This document shows positions 35,435 to 47,876 of a stretch of DNA of 64,000 nucleotides, in pieces. Below the pieces are notes generated by a model. That model did no database searches. It was given only the letters and a program-made list of their open reading frames with translations, and was not told where the DNA came from. The stretch lies in contig CM059431.1 of assembly GCA_030390025.1 (NCBI GenBank), positions 115,508,001 through 115,572,000 on the forward strand, given 5' to 3'. Positions within the stretch are counted from its first letter, which is position 1, and each line of letters begins with the position of its first letter. Source of the DNA: Squalus acanthias (lineage: Eukaryota). Made by a program: the position numbers and the translations under genes.

Positions 35435-37302
35435 TATGTTGAATAATTACTTTGTGTCAGTATTTACAGTAGAGGAAGAGGATAGCATGCCGGAAATCCC
35501 AAGGAAACTAATACTGAATCAGGGACAGGGACGCAATAAAATTAATGTAAGTAAAATAACAGTAATGAAGAAAATAATGGCACTAAAGAGTGACAAATCC
35601 CCAGGGCCAGATGGTTTCCCTCCCAGGGTTTTAAAGGAAGTAGGTGAGCACATTGCAGATGCCCTAACTATAATCTTCCAAAGTTCTCTTGATTCGGGAA
35701 CCTTTCCTTTAGATTGAAAAATTGCGCATGTCACTCCGCTATTTAAGAATGGTGAGAGACGGAAACCAGGGAATTATAGACCAGTTAGTCTAACATCTAT
35801 TGTCAGGAAATTGTTAGAGTCTATAATTAAGGATAGGGTGACAGAACACCTCGAAAATTTTCAGTTGATCAGAGAAAGCCAGCAAGGATTTGTGAAAGGT
35901 AGGTCATGCCTGACAAACCTGATTGAATTTTTTGAGGAGGTGACTAAAGTAGTAGATAGGGGAATGTCTATGGATGTTATTTATAAGGACTTCCAGAAGG
36001 CATTTGATAAAGACCCACATAAGAGACTGTTAACTAAGGTAAAAGCCCACGGAATTGAAGGCAAATTATTGACTTGGTTAGGAAATTGGCTGAGCGGCAG
36101 GAGACAGAGAGTAGGGATAATGGGCAGGTACTCAAATTGGCAGGATGTGACTAGTGGTGTCCCACAGGGATTTGTGTTGGGGTCTCAACTATTCACAGTA
36201 TTTATTAACGACTTAGATGATGGCATAGAAAGTCATATATCCAAATTTGCCGATGATACAAAGATAGGTATGAGAAGTCGCACAACACCAGGTTATAGTC
36301 CAACAATGGTTATGTTGGACTATAACCTGGTGTTGTGCGACTTCTCATTTTTGTCCACCCCAGTCCAACACCGGCATCTCCGCATCATGACAAAGATAGG
36401 TGGCATTGTAGGCAGTGTAGACGGAAGCATAAAAGTACAAAGGGATATCGACAGATTAAGTAAATGGGCAAAACCGTGGCAAATGGATTTCAATGTAGGC
36501 AAATGTGAGGTCATCGACTTTGGACCTAAAAAGGATAGAACAGGGTACTTTCTAAATGGTAAAAAGCTAAAAAACAGTGGAGGTCCAAAGAGACTTAGGG
36601 GTCCAGGTACATAGATTATTAAAATGTCATGAACAGGTACAAAAAGTAATCAAAAAGGTTAATGGGATGCTGGCCTTTATATCTAGAGGACTAGAATACA
36701 AGGGGGTAGAGGTTATGCTGCAGCTATACAAAACCCTGGTTAGACCACACCTGGAGTACTGTGAGCAGTTCTGGGCACCACACCTTAGGAAGGATATATT
36801 GGCCTTGGAGGGAGTGCAGCGTAGGTTTACCAGAATGATACCCAGACTTTAAGGGTTAAGTTATGAGGAGCGATTACACAAATTAGGGTTGCATTCCCTA
36901 GAATTTAGAAGGTTAAGGGGTAATCTGACCGAAGTTTTCAAGATTTTAAGGGGAACAGATAGGGTAGATAGGAGAGAAACTATTTCCAGTGGTTGGGGAT
37001 TCTAGGACTAGGGGGGCACAGTCTAAAAATTAGAGCCAGACCTTTCAAGAGTGAAATTAAGAAACACTTCTACACACAAAGGGTGATAGAAGTTTGAAAC
37101 ACTCTTCCGCAAACGGCAAATAATGCTAGATCAATTGTTAATTTTAAATCGGAGATTGATAGCTTTCTGTTAACTAAAGGTATTAAGGGATATGGGTCAA
37201 AGGCGGGTATATGGAGTTAGGTCGCAGATCAGTCATGATCTCATTGACTGAATGAGCAGGCTCGAGGGGCTGAATGGCCTACTCCTGTTCTTATGTTCCT
37301 AT
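35435..37302 (+). mobile_element. 5'-truncated CR1 LINE, decayed RT
   Basis: KSPGPDG, SGVPQG, FADD and LVRPHLEYC motifs; 3'UTR and short tail. Confidence 0.93.
36270..36389. mobile_element. 120-bp fold-back insertion (probably a Penelope-type terminus) with 12-bp TSD
   Basis: Perfect 36-bp inverted repeat 36270-36305 / 36313-36348; ACAAAGATAGGT duplicated at 36258-69 and 36390-401. Confidence 0.8.
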
Positions 37303-38084
37303 TTCCCGGTCGCCTGCCCTGCTCCGCTCTAGCCGCCCGTCTGAGCCCCAATCTCTCTGATCTGCAGTATCCAGTCTCCCTTGAGCCCCTTTTTCCCATC
37401 CCCCCTGCCCCATCTAGCATCCCTCATTCCCCAGTCACAATCTCTCCCCCACCCAAGCCCTAATTTCCGACTCCCCCATTTTCCTTTGCTCATCCGATCC
37501 CCATTCCCCAACACCCGACCCACATTCCCCAGTCTCCCTCTCGCCCCAAGCCCCCATCCACCAACCCACTCCCTCCTTCTTCCTGGCCCCCAGTCCCTTG
37601 ACTCCCTCTTCCTGACCTCCATCCCTGTCTCCCTCTCCTACAACCCCCATTCCGCTGTCACTCTCTTCCCATCCTGAGCCCCGATCACCCCATTCCAGGT
37701 CACCCATTCTTCCCCCCACCGAGATCCACGATCTCCTGTCCCCTAGACCCTGTTCACCCTCTTCTAACCCAGCCCCGCAGCAGTCTCTGCTCTGTCTTCC
37801 TCTCTTCACCCCCAGTCTCCTGGCTGTGTCTGCATCAGTCCCATTTCCAATCACCCCTAAGCGGGGGCTGGCTGCCTGTGGTGACAGGGGTGGGGGTGAC
37901 ATCACCGAATTGGGGCTTCTCTGTGGCAGCAGCCTGTGACGGCACGGAGTGGGAAAGGGGAGTGGTGCTGTGGTGAGAAATCTAAACATTGAAGTTCTCC
38001 TAGGAGACTCCCAGACAATCTGAGAGAGTTGGAAACCCAAACCCTGAGCTGAGCTTTATATCTCACATCCCATCAATCAACAAG

Positions 38085-38400
38085 GATGCTTACTTCCACC
38101 TCTGCAACATTGATGATCTCCACCCTTACCTTAGCCCCATTGCCACTGAAACCTTTGCTATCTTCAGACTCGACTATAACACTCTCCATGCTGGTCTCTT
38201 ATTTTCCACTTTCCATGAACTCCAACTTGTTCAAAACTTTGCTGTATGTACCCTGTCCCACACTGAATTCCTCTTGCTCATCGCCTCTCCTCTCACTAAC
38301 CTACTCTGGCTCTGAATCCCCCAGAACAGTAAATTTAATATCCTCATCCATAAATTTCTGTGGGCCTTTGTCGTACCTCTCCATCTCTGCACATCTATAA
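38085..38400 (+). mobile_element. Old L2 fragment
   Basis: Diverged match to 40715-41040 (gcttacttccacctc..ctgaaacc..agactcgacta..ctggctc). Confidence 0.6.
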
Positions 38401-39254
38401 TGGATAGAAAATCACAAGCAACTCACTCAAGTTTCCAACATGGGTTACTGGTGGTCAAAGCTCCATACCAGGAATGCAGATTTGTAAAACAAGTCCTTTA
38501 CTGAACACCACAAAAAACTGTCTAAACTGCCTTTATGGCTGACACTCTGAAAATGCCCCCTTCTCTCCAGAGCTCCAATGAAATAAATAATATTGAGCAG
38601 GTAGCGATCTATGTCTTTAACTTCAATAACCACAGACATTGGCATAGCACAAAGAATAAGATCGACACTTAAGGAGTATAATTTCAGTGTTGCTCGATTT
38701 AACAAAAAAGCAGATTTTCAGGTTTGCTTCCATCTACTTTATTTACTATAGTTAGAAAATGGTGGAAAATATGCTTATTTTTACATGCAAAAGTAGTTTA
38801 ATTCATAGTTAATACTGTAGCTTTTTATCTAGCTCTGGAATGGACTGGCTTAATCCAGGTTCAGCGAGCCAGCATCTGCCTGCTACTGTCTGATTCTAGT
38901 TTGGAGCCCATTCATTTCACAGCAGTTTCACTGTATGTCAGGGAAGTGCACAAAATTGTTTGGAATTTGGATCCAACCTCGAAGTCGTGATTTCCTGAAT
39001 CTGAATCCAAAGTCTAAAAATCTCCCCTCTCCCTCCCCCTCCCCGCAGGCGCATTTTTTTTGTACGATATATGTAATAATGTCATAGAATCATAGAATGG
39101 TACAGCACAGAAGGAGGTCATATGCCAGTCTGTGAAGGAACCATGAAGTGGGGTTGCGGAAGACTTTACTTACATCATTAGGTAAACAATCACATAAATG
39201 CTGTACCAACATTGCAATCAAACCAATTGAACATATCTCAGTTCCTACACAACA

Positions 39255-39720
39255 AATAACAACTACTTGCACTTATATAGCACTCTTAACATCGAGGAAC
39301 ATCCTGATGTTCTCCGTGCTGGAGGGAGAGCGGACACTGGGCAGGGCCTGGGGTAAGCGGGGAGCTGACCAAATGTCTGGTTAAAAAATGTAGGCTTTAG
39401 GTAGACTTTTGAAGATGGGGAGAGCTAGCAAGGTAGAGGGGTCTAGGAAGAGTAGTCCATAGCACAGGAATTCATTTGCTTTCTGAAAGCTTTGTCATTA
39501 ATGGAGCAGTGGAGAGAGTGAGCAGATGCACAGAGGACTAGAGTTGCAAGAGTGTGTATAATTCTGGGGAAGATTACAGAGCTACAGAGTGATTTATAAG
39601 TGAGAACTAAAATTTTCAAATCAATTCAATGGTGGATGGGAAGTAATGGAGGTTGGTGAGGATAAGGGTGGTGGGTGTGCAGGACTTAGCAATGAATGGG
39701 ATGTGGCAGAAGTTACAGTG
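39255..39720 (-). mobile_element. Old L2 3' end
   Basis: aacaactacttgcacttatatagc tail and diverged body resembling 8755-9070. Confidence 0.55.
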
Positions 39721-40272
39721 GTGGAGCAGGAGAATTCCCAAGGATTCTCTGTATTGAGAAGGTTGAAGAATCCAAGTTTCTGTCTTGCAAATGCCACTTA
39801 AAAGTGGATGAGTCACCCCTGTATAAGTGGACTGTTTAATGAATATTAAATGTAAAGTTCATTCAAATGATAGAAATAATTAAAATTGACAACTGGGTCA
39901 ACAGTTATTTACCTCTGTCAATGGCCTTTGCAATTGTCCTATCAGAGGGCCCTACAAGCAAGGTTCTCACAGCTTGGCTTTGCCCTGAAAGGGGATATAT
40001 TATAGCTTGAGACAGGTTTCTGGGAGACTGCCTTGATGCCCTTGAACTTTTTTGGATTGATAGTTTTGTGTAATTGTGAAAGATATTTTTGACCATTGTT
40101 TTTCACGGCTTGGATAGCAAAAGGTTTCTAAAATGGGATAGTAGCTGTGGTTCTCATTTCCTTGTTGCTGTACAACGATACAGGTGGAGATTAAGGAAGG
40201 ACTCCACTGGAGTTTGGTTTGTAAAATGTTGCATCACAGATGTTGGTCTAACGTTAAATTGTAATATCATAG

Positions 40273-40320
40273 AGAAAGGCCCGAGCATTGAGACATATTA
40301 ATTATTTTGATACCCAGATG
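40273..40320 (+). CDS. Candidate host-gene exon D (48 nt, phase 0-0)
   Basis: Branch CTAAC ~25 nt upstream of TAG|; RKARALRHINYFDTQM; consensus donor ATG|GTGAGT. Confidence 0.45.
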
Positions 40321-40454
40321 GTGAGTTAAGTAATATTTTGTATCTGGTGAAATTTGCTGTTTCTGATGTTGCTTCTGCTTACTTTTACATGATAATTATC
40401 CTGATTCATAGTTTGCAGCCTGATGTAATCAAGTGTTATTTGTCTATCTCTCTT

Positions 40455-41370
40455 CTCTCAGACCCCTCCACGGTCTCTAAATTGTCAGATTGCTTGTCCG
40501 ACATGCAGTTCTGGATGAGCAAAAATTTTCTCCAATTAAATATTGGGAAGACCGGAGCCATTGTTTTGGTCCCCGCCACAAACTCCATTCCTAGCCACTG
40601 ACTCCATCCCTCTCCCTAACATCTGTCTGAGGCTGAACCACACTGTTCGCAACCTTGATGTCATATTTGACCCTGAAATGAACTTCAGACCACATATCCG
40701 CAGCATAACAAAGACCGCCTACTTCCACCTCCGTAACATCGCCTGTCTCCGCCCTTGCCTCAGCTCATCCACTGCTGAAACCCTCATCCATGCCTTTGTT
40801 AACTCTAGACTTGACTATTCCAACGCACTCCTGGCTGGCCTCCCACATTCCACCCTACGTAAACTTGAGGTCATCCAAAACTCGTCTGCCTGTGTCCTAA
40901 CTTGCACAAAGTCACGTTCGCCCATCACCCCTGTGCTCGCTGACCTACATTGGCTCCCGATTAAGCAGCACCTCGATTTCAAAATCCTCATCCTTGTTTT
41001 CAAATCCCTCCATGGCCTCGCCCCTTCCTATCTCTGTAATCTCCTCCAGCCCCACAGCCCCCCGAAGATATCTGCTAATTCTGCCCTCTTGAGCATCCCT
41101 GATTATAATCGCTCAACCATTGGTGGCCATGCCTTCTGTTGCCTAGGCGCGAAGCTCTGGCACTCCCTGCCTAAGCCTCTCCGCCTCGCTACCTCTCTTT
41201 CCTCTTTTAAGACGCTCCTTAAAACCTACCTTTTGACCAAGCTTTTGGTCACCTGCCCTAATTTATCCTTATGTGGATCGGTGTCAAATTTTTTGTCTTA
41301 AAATACTCCTGTGCAACGCCTTGGGACGTTTTACTATGTTAAAGGCGCTATATAAATGCAGGTTGTTGTT
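40455..41370 (+). mobile_element. L2 LINE, 5'-truncated
   Basis: ORF 40543-41301 (KTAYFHLRNI, HAFVNSRLDYSNALL, ITPVLADLHWLP); (TTG)n tail. Confidence 0.93.
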
Positions 41371-41829
41371 GTATCAATCAGCGAGTCACAGAGCTCCGGA
41401 GCTTCTGCTGATAATCCATATTATTTCCAGTCTATATCTCATTGTAAAAGGGTTTATTTTTCACCTTGTCGCCTGCAGCATTGGGCTGAGGAGAGGTCAG
41501 ACCTGGGGTTGGGAGGGAATCAAGATTGCTCATGGGACGAATCTCATGGTTGAGGTGAATCAGATCAGAGCTGGAGATAGATAGTTGAGGGGCTACAAAC
41601 TATTTTGGGGGTTAGAGCTGGTATAGTGGGTGATGGGGCAGGTGTTGGGATGGGGAAGGTGGTGTGGGAAGAGGTGATGTTCTGCACTTTTATTAATTTG
41701 GGTGCCAATGTATTGCTGTTCATGGGCAGAATCTGACAGTATGGCACCCAGCTTGCATCGAGCATCAGACAGCTAATTGACACTTTTTGTGTACATTTGG
41801 ACTTTTTGTTAAATGAGAAAATGTGGTTC

Positions 41830-42130
41830 TAGCACTGGGCTGCACAGACCAGGAAGGTCCAGTTTCTGTCAGTGTTGACATAATTGACATTAGAATCCTG
41901 GGGCAGGGAGGGGAAAATCCTCGAGGGTTCTGCTCGTAATTCCCGTACAGTGATCTGACTCTGTGTGTGTTCAATAAGGACAGGATTGGGCTCAACTGTG
42001 ATGCCTCTACAGCTCAATAGACTGACGATAGCTTCAGCTCACGACTCAACAATGGCTACCAATGTGTGGCGGGCGTGTGTGGAACTGTCACTCCAGCATG
42101 TGTTACTGTTTCAGAAGAGGAAGGAAGCAA
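41830..42130 (+). mobile_element. Family X SINE-like repeat
   Basis: cagaccaggaaggtcc..agggagggaaaa..gacaggattgggctc..ttcagaagaggaagg. Confidence 0.55.
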
Positions 42131-42368
42131 AATTGAAGGAGGTGGAGAAAGTAAACTATTGGCAATCAAACCTCCTCCTGCTCCCCATCCCAACTGCAAG
42201 ATGGACAGCTACTCTGCCATCTATCCGAAGGCATGGCCGAACTGGGAAAACTTGGCTAATAAACATATTGAAGTTCAAATATCAGCTCAGATTCAGATTT
42301 AAACTTTAAACCCTTTTTGTTGTTGGTTATTGAACCCTCTGCTGCCAAAGCTACCTGATTGCCTTCAT

Positions 42369-42598
42369 CTAACTCTTTGATATCACACACTCTAACTCTT
42401 TGATATCACACACTCTAACTCTTTGATATCACACACTCTAACTCTTTGATATCACACACTCTAACTCTTTGATATCACACACTCTAACTCTTTGATATCA
42501 CACACTCTAACTCTTTGATATCACACACTCTAACTCTTTGATATCACACACTCTAACTCTTTGATATCACACACTCTAACTCTTTGATATCACACACT
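42369..42598. repeat. Perfect minisatellite, 23 bp x 10
   Basis: Unit CTAACTCTTTGATATCACACACT, 10 identical copies, no spacers. Confidence 0.98.
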
Positions 42599-42679
42599 CC
42601 TAGTTGCATTAACCACTGATCTATTTTGCTGTACGTTTGAAAGATCACACAAGTTGTTGATTTTCTGATCTCTGTTTAG

Positions 42680-42769
42680 GATTATTGTGCCAGAAAATAT
42701 TACCAGTGCCTGTTGAATTCAAATCTCCTGTCACACGTGCGAGGGCGTTCATCACACGAATCACTGTGA
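42680..42769 (+). CDS. Candidate terminal coding exon E
   Basis: Acceptor ttttctgatctctgttTAG|; DYCARKYYQCLLNSNLLSHVRGRSSHESL*, in phase with exon D; several CpGs retained. Confidence 0.4.
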   Translation, partial: DYCARKYYQCLLNSNLLSHVRGRSSHESL

Positions 42770-44320
42770 CGACATGATTCAAATGCAAGGCTATAAAGTG
42801 GACAGTGGTCGTTTATGATATAGTTTAGTAAATGCGAAATCATACGTAGATAAGGCAATAATAGACAGCAGATTTTGCAGATGTTAGATTTGTTACTGAA
42901 TTCCAGGCAGCAAGCAGCCAGAACTGTAAGCAACTATTTTCCCAGCAGTCAAAGATTTCCCCAGTCAATCAAATACACAGGAAAGAGGGGGGTAGTGGGG
43001 AGTGGAGGTGGGGTGGGGGGAAATGGCCAGAGTCCTCAGACTACATGAACTCAATAGGAGTTGAGGAAGCCAGCTCTGAAATGAGCCATGTATGGCTTGG
43101 AGGCAAAGTGTTGTGCCCTTGAGGATAGCAAGCTATCTGTCACTTAATGTAGACACTTCCTGTTTTGAAGCAGTTTGAGTGTTTTAACATTCAACCCAAA
43201 TACTTGACTTGGCAGACTCAGTCCTCTGATGGAAACATTCGTTGGCAGAAGATTCCACCTTAGAGGAAGGAAAAAAGAACAGATCTATTAAAAAAAAATA
43301 TCTGCAGATTGGGAAAAAGAAAATGTATAGGAAGACCGGTGAGAGTAAATGAAATGCATTACTGCAAGTGTGCACTGAATTTCAAGCTGGACAATTCGTT
43401 ATTTTTAATGCCAAGCTTATGCAACATCCCATGTAGGGTTTTTTTGCTCGAAAAAGGAGGTTAGAAACTTCGGATTTCCAGCATCCGCAGTATTTTGCTA
43501 TCAGGGTTAGAAACTTAAGTTTGATGCAGGTTTAAACTAATGTGCCTTTGCATAATATTCTCCCGCTTGGAGTAATCTGCTTACTAGGTTTGACATAAGT
43601 GACCTGAAGCACGTCTTGGGACATCTTGGGTGAATCACGGACTGTATCCCTGCAATTTCCTAAGATGCACTTCCTGCAGGCACCAATCCCCACTAGGAGC
43701 GTCAGATTGTGCCGATCGCTCCTACAGTCTCACAAATCCTCACCAAACCAAACTGTATTAACACACATTAATAACATGAATGGATGGAAGATCGTGGGGA
43801 GCACTTGTGCACTCCTGGTGGGTAAGGCTCCTAATAGATAATGAAAATAAAGTGTGGCCACAAAATTTGGCTCCGTTGCGGCGGTTGTTTGGGCACTACG
43901 GGTGCCATTCTGGTCCAGGCCGCGCCAGACGCCATCTTGGGTAGGGCGTTAGCACGGGTGTGCTCCTGAAGTATGCAGAGTAGTCAGATCGTGATGTCAA
44001 TCAGCGTGTAATGCTGATTTGACACCAGCGCTGCCATTTTGGAGCTCAATGCTCTGGCTAATGCTCTCTCTTAAGCTCGCACAGCTGAACACACGTTCAG
44101 CAGCAGGATGGACCCCCCACCAGCGCTATTTAAAGGGATCATTGCATACATACAGGTTAGTTGCTGATTGATTTCTTGTGGCTGTTGCTGAGTTTGTAGA
44201 AGTGTTTGGTGGCTTGTACAGTTATTTAAAGTTGCTAAAGTCTGCAGGGAGTGGTGCGGCAGGTGCTTTAGGACTTTTTCCTGAGTTCAAGGATTCTGCA
44301 CAGACCACTTGCTCCAAGAC

Positions 44321-45400
44321 ATGGGTGCAGCAACAGCCATTCCCGTACAGAGCAGGACAAGCTGCTGGAAGAGGGAGGAGGAGGAGGGGGAGAAGGGCAC
44401 TCAGCAGGAGGTCATATCTGCCCAGGGTGTCCAGGGAACAATACTCCTACCTGAACCTCAGCGAGGAACAGTGTCTCAGACATCTGCACTTCACCAAGGA
44501 CATCCTCACTGTAATCTGCCACCTGCTGCAGCCACAACTGCAACCTCAGATCAGGGTGAAGACCGCATTGCCAGTGGCCGTGAACTTTTATATATTGGGC
44601 TTCTTCGCGGTGGGAGCAGGAGATATTTGCAACATCTTTCAGTTTGCCGTCCACTGTTGCATAAGAGAGGTAACTGAGGCTCTCTATTCCAAGAGGACCG
44701 AATACATTTTCTCCGCTCTGGCCAGAGAGCAGCAGGCAGAGCGACATGTGGCTTTGCAAGGATTGCAGGCTTCCCCATGGTGCAGGGTGCCATTGACTGC
44801 ACGCACGTCGCTTTGCGGGCGGCACATGTAAACTCTGAGATGTACCACAGCCGACGGGGATTCCACTCCCTCAATATCCAGCTGGTGTGCGACCATACTC
44901 AGCGAATCATGCAGGTCAATGCCCGATATCCTGGCAGCAGTCATGATGCCTTCATTCTGCGGCAGACCGCTGTCCCATCTGCAATTGAGCCACCGTGACA
45001 AACTAGAGGGTGGCTACTAGGTGACTAGGTTACTAGCTTAACAACATGGCTCATGACTCCAGTGCGCAACGCACGCACACGTGGGCAGCATTCATACAAT
45101 GAAAGCCATGCTGCCAGACAAAATATCATCGAGCAGACCATTGGTGTACTGAAGCAACGCTTCTGCTGCCTTGACCGCTCTGAAGGAGCCCTGCAGTATT
45201 CGGCAGAGTGGGTGTCGAGATTCGTGGTGGTCTGTTGCATGCTGCACAACCTCACCATCATGAGGGCCCAGCCCTTTCCACCACCATACGGCGACCAGCT
45301 GAGGAGCAGGAGGAGGAGGAGCAGGAGGAAGGGAGGAGGAGGGAGAAGAGGAAGGGAGGAGGCAACCGAGACAGCTCCTTTCTGGCCGGGCTGTCTGTGA
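44321..45400 (+). pseudogene. Harbinger DDE transposase (HARBI1-like), frameshifted
   Basis: GAIDCTHV, RRGFHSLNIQLVCD, ARYPGSSHDAFIL, GWLLGD*, IEQTIGVLKQRF and CCMLHNL motifs. Confidence 0.93.
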
Positions 45401-45593
45401 AAGACTCATCTGGCTGGGATACCAGAAACCGCAACCCCAATTCCAATTTAACAGTCCCACACCTTCCCTTCCCTCTGTCACTGACCATCACAGCATCCGC
45501 TTGGTCACAATGCAAAAATAAAAGCCAACACAAAATACACATTCCAAACCAAATTTTTAAAACAAATCATGCCATATTGCATACAAACTTCAA

Positions 45594-47529
45594 CTAATCA
45601 CCTTTGTGCATTCCCTTAGTGCCTGTCTTCCGTGTGCTTTTGTCTGTCCTAGTGTTCCTATACAGTGCTACCCCAGTGGCTGCAGCATGGCTGGTGGAAG
45701 TCTGCTGACTTTCAGTGGAGGGAACTGTAGATAGCCTTGGAGGATGACCTTGAGCACCTCTGGGCCTAGAAGGCCCAGCTTCAGACTGTACCATCTCAGC
45801 ATGTGTGACAGCAGTCTGGGCTGGCTGGCTGATAGGCAACAGCAAGGGCACTGGCTGAGTGGCAGTGGTGGGAGGATGAATGCTGTCATTGTGAGAGAGG
45901 ACAGCAGGTTCGTGCTCCATGGAACCACTCCCCCTCCCCCGGGTGGTGCCTCAGCAATCCTAGTAATCTGTTGGAGGACAGATTGCCGGACTGCTCTGAC
46001 ACACTGCAAGCCCCTTTGAACACTGGTAACCATACCCACGATGGCAGCAGTCTGAGCATGCATGGCAATAAGCTGAGCCTGCATGACAGAAGTCTGAGCT
46101 TCCACTGCAGCACCCAGATGTTGGGTAGCTTCTGCTTGTGCTGCACTGGAAGCTGAGACATTGGCCATCAGACACTGCATCCTTCTTGGTTCCACAGTGT
46201 GCTAATGGAGTTGACCATCACTTCCATGCTGGAAAGGGTGGACTCCAAGCACTGCACAAAGTCCTGTGCCATGTTGGTGCCAGACTCCTCCATGCTCCTT
46301 GACATTGCACACAGGCTTTCTGGCAGGCCTGCCAATGCACCAAGCATTTCATTGTGCATACCCATCAACATTCTTCTGTAGGCCACCCCATCGAAGTCTT
46401 CATCTGAGTCCTGTGCAGCAGAACTCATGTGTGACCTTGCCCTCTGGGGAGCTGGCACCTGCGCTACCCTTAACCCTGTCCTGGCTGCAGGTCACTCATG
46501 CCCGGTGTCTCACCATGTGCAGATCTCGCCTCTATGCTATCCTCTAAAGTATGTGGAGCGTCAGTATCTGAGCTGGTGGCTGCGAATGTGAAATTGAGCA
46601 ACGGTGCTGTGTCTTCATCATCACTGCCGTCTTCCTCTTCCAGTTCTTGCTCTTCCACCACTGCCTGGCTAGGTTGCAGTTCTTGGATATCTGAAAGGAG
46701 AAATGCACAAGCATAGGCTGCGGTGCGGGAAGGGGGGAAAGTAAGCGGTGCATGCTTACACCATCTGCAGCTTTTAAATCAGAAGACATTGTGGGGTGAG
46801 GGGGCAGTGGGATGCGAGAAGGAGGATTAGGTATAAGGATACCGTCATCTTCGATGGATTCAGCCTTGCCGCTGGGCATGGGCTCAGCGATGGTCACTCC
46901 AATGATGGCGACCACCGTCTCCTCCATCGGGGTGCAGGCGCGCCTCTCCCCCGCCGGTTAGCTCCTGCTGTCTCCGGTTATGCGGCAACTTGTCCTGCAA
47001 GAGAGAGGGAATTGTTTCAGTGAGTGTGGTGCAATGTGTTTGGGTGATGTGGCTGTCAAGGTTGAATAGCTGGAAGTGTGTGCAAGGTGTGAGATGTGGG
47101 TGTGAGGCTTGCAGCAGTCGTAAGAGTGTGAGAGTAAGGTAAAGCTATGAATATGAGTGAATGTGAGGTATGAGTCCTGTTTGATAGAGATTGCTGATAG
47201 ATGAGTGATGGGGAAGTGGTACATTGAGCAGTGTGTGAGTGTAGTGGTGCAGTTGGTGGAATATGGTATTTGAAGAGCAATTCACTGACCTTGACCACTC
47301 GTGTGAGGTCATTGAACTTTTTGTGGGACTGCATCCAGGTCCTCAGGGCTTGACTTCTGGCATTGACTGCTACGGCTATTTGCAACCACTGCCTTTGCAG
47401 AGTTTGTCTGGAGGGCCTCCTGGCCCCCTATGGATAGAGAACCTCTCTCCTCCTGTCCACCTCCTCCACCAAGGCCTCCAGTGCGGCGTCTGAGAACCTT
47501 GGAGCATGCTCTCTCCCCTGTTGCGCCAT
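45594..47529 (-). pseudogene. Harbinger Myb/SANT DNA-binding protein, 3 exons (47529-47290, 46994-46843, 46690-~45594), decayed
   Basis: MAQQGREHAPRFSDAALEALVEEV..W..IAVAVNARS..RTWMQSHKKFNDL; GT-AG boundaries visible; acidic and Ala/Gln-rich C-terminus. Confidence 0.82.
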
Positions 47530-47876
47530 TAGTCACTGTTCTTGCAGGTCAGACTCTCTTCCTCAGCCACTTCCAGCCAGAATGCACCTCCTCTTTAAGA
47601 GGTGCAGGCTGGCTTTAAGTAGTGCTAGCCTTGCACGAACGTGGGTCTTCTGCTGAGACATTCAGTCACTCGACAGCATGTCTAGCGCTGCCTGAACACT
47701 ACAATCATTTAAATTAGCAGGCAGCATGAAGTTTGCGTGTCAGAAGCAATGGGTGCGGGTTAATCGCACATCGCAATCCCGCACCCGTTTTCAGGGGCTA
47801 TTGAATTTAGCCCCCGTTATATTTAGGGTCAATATCACAGAAAGGTAATTCTCCAGCTGGTCTCAGCTAGTGTGAT

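Larger units (their letters stand above)
43856..47815 (+). mobile_element. Autonomous-type PIF/Harbinger DNA transposon, ~4 kb, decayed
   Basis: Imperfect TIRs GGCCACAAAATT / AATTTAGCCCCC; convergent transposase and Myb genes; AATAAA at ~45517 between them. Confidence 0.9.

Noticed and set aside
42369..42598. CRISPR-like array
   Set aside because: Units are contiguous with no spacers, there are no cas genes, and the context is vertebrate
44321..45400. Domesticated host HARBI1/NAIF1 genes
   Set aside because: Frameshifts, stops, TIR-like ends and the convergent two-gene layout indicate a dead transposon
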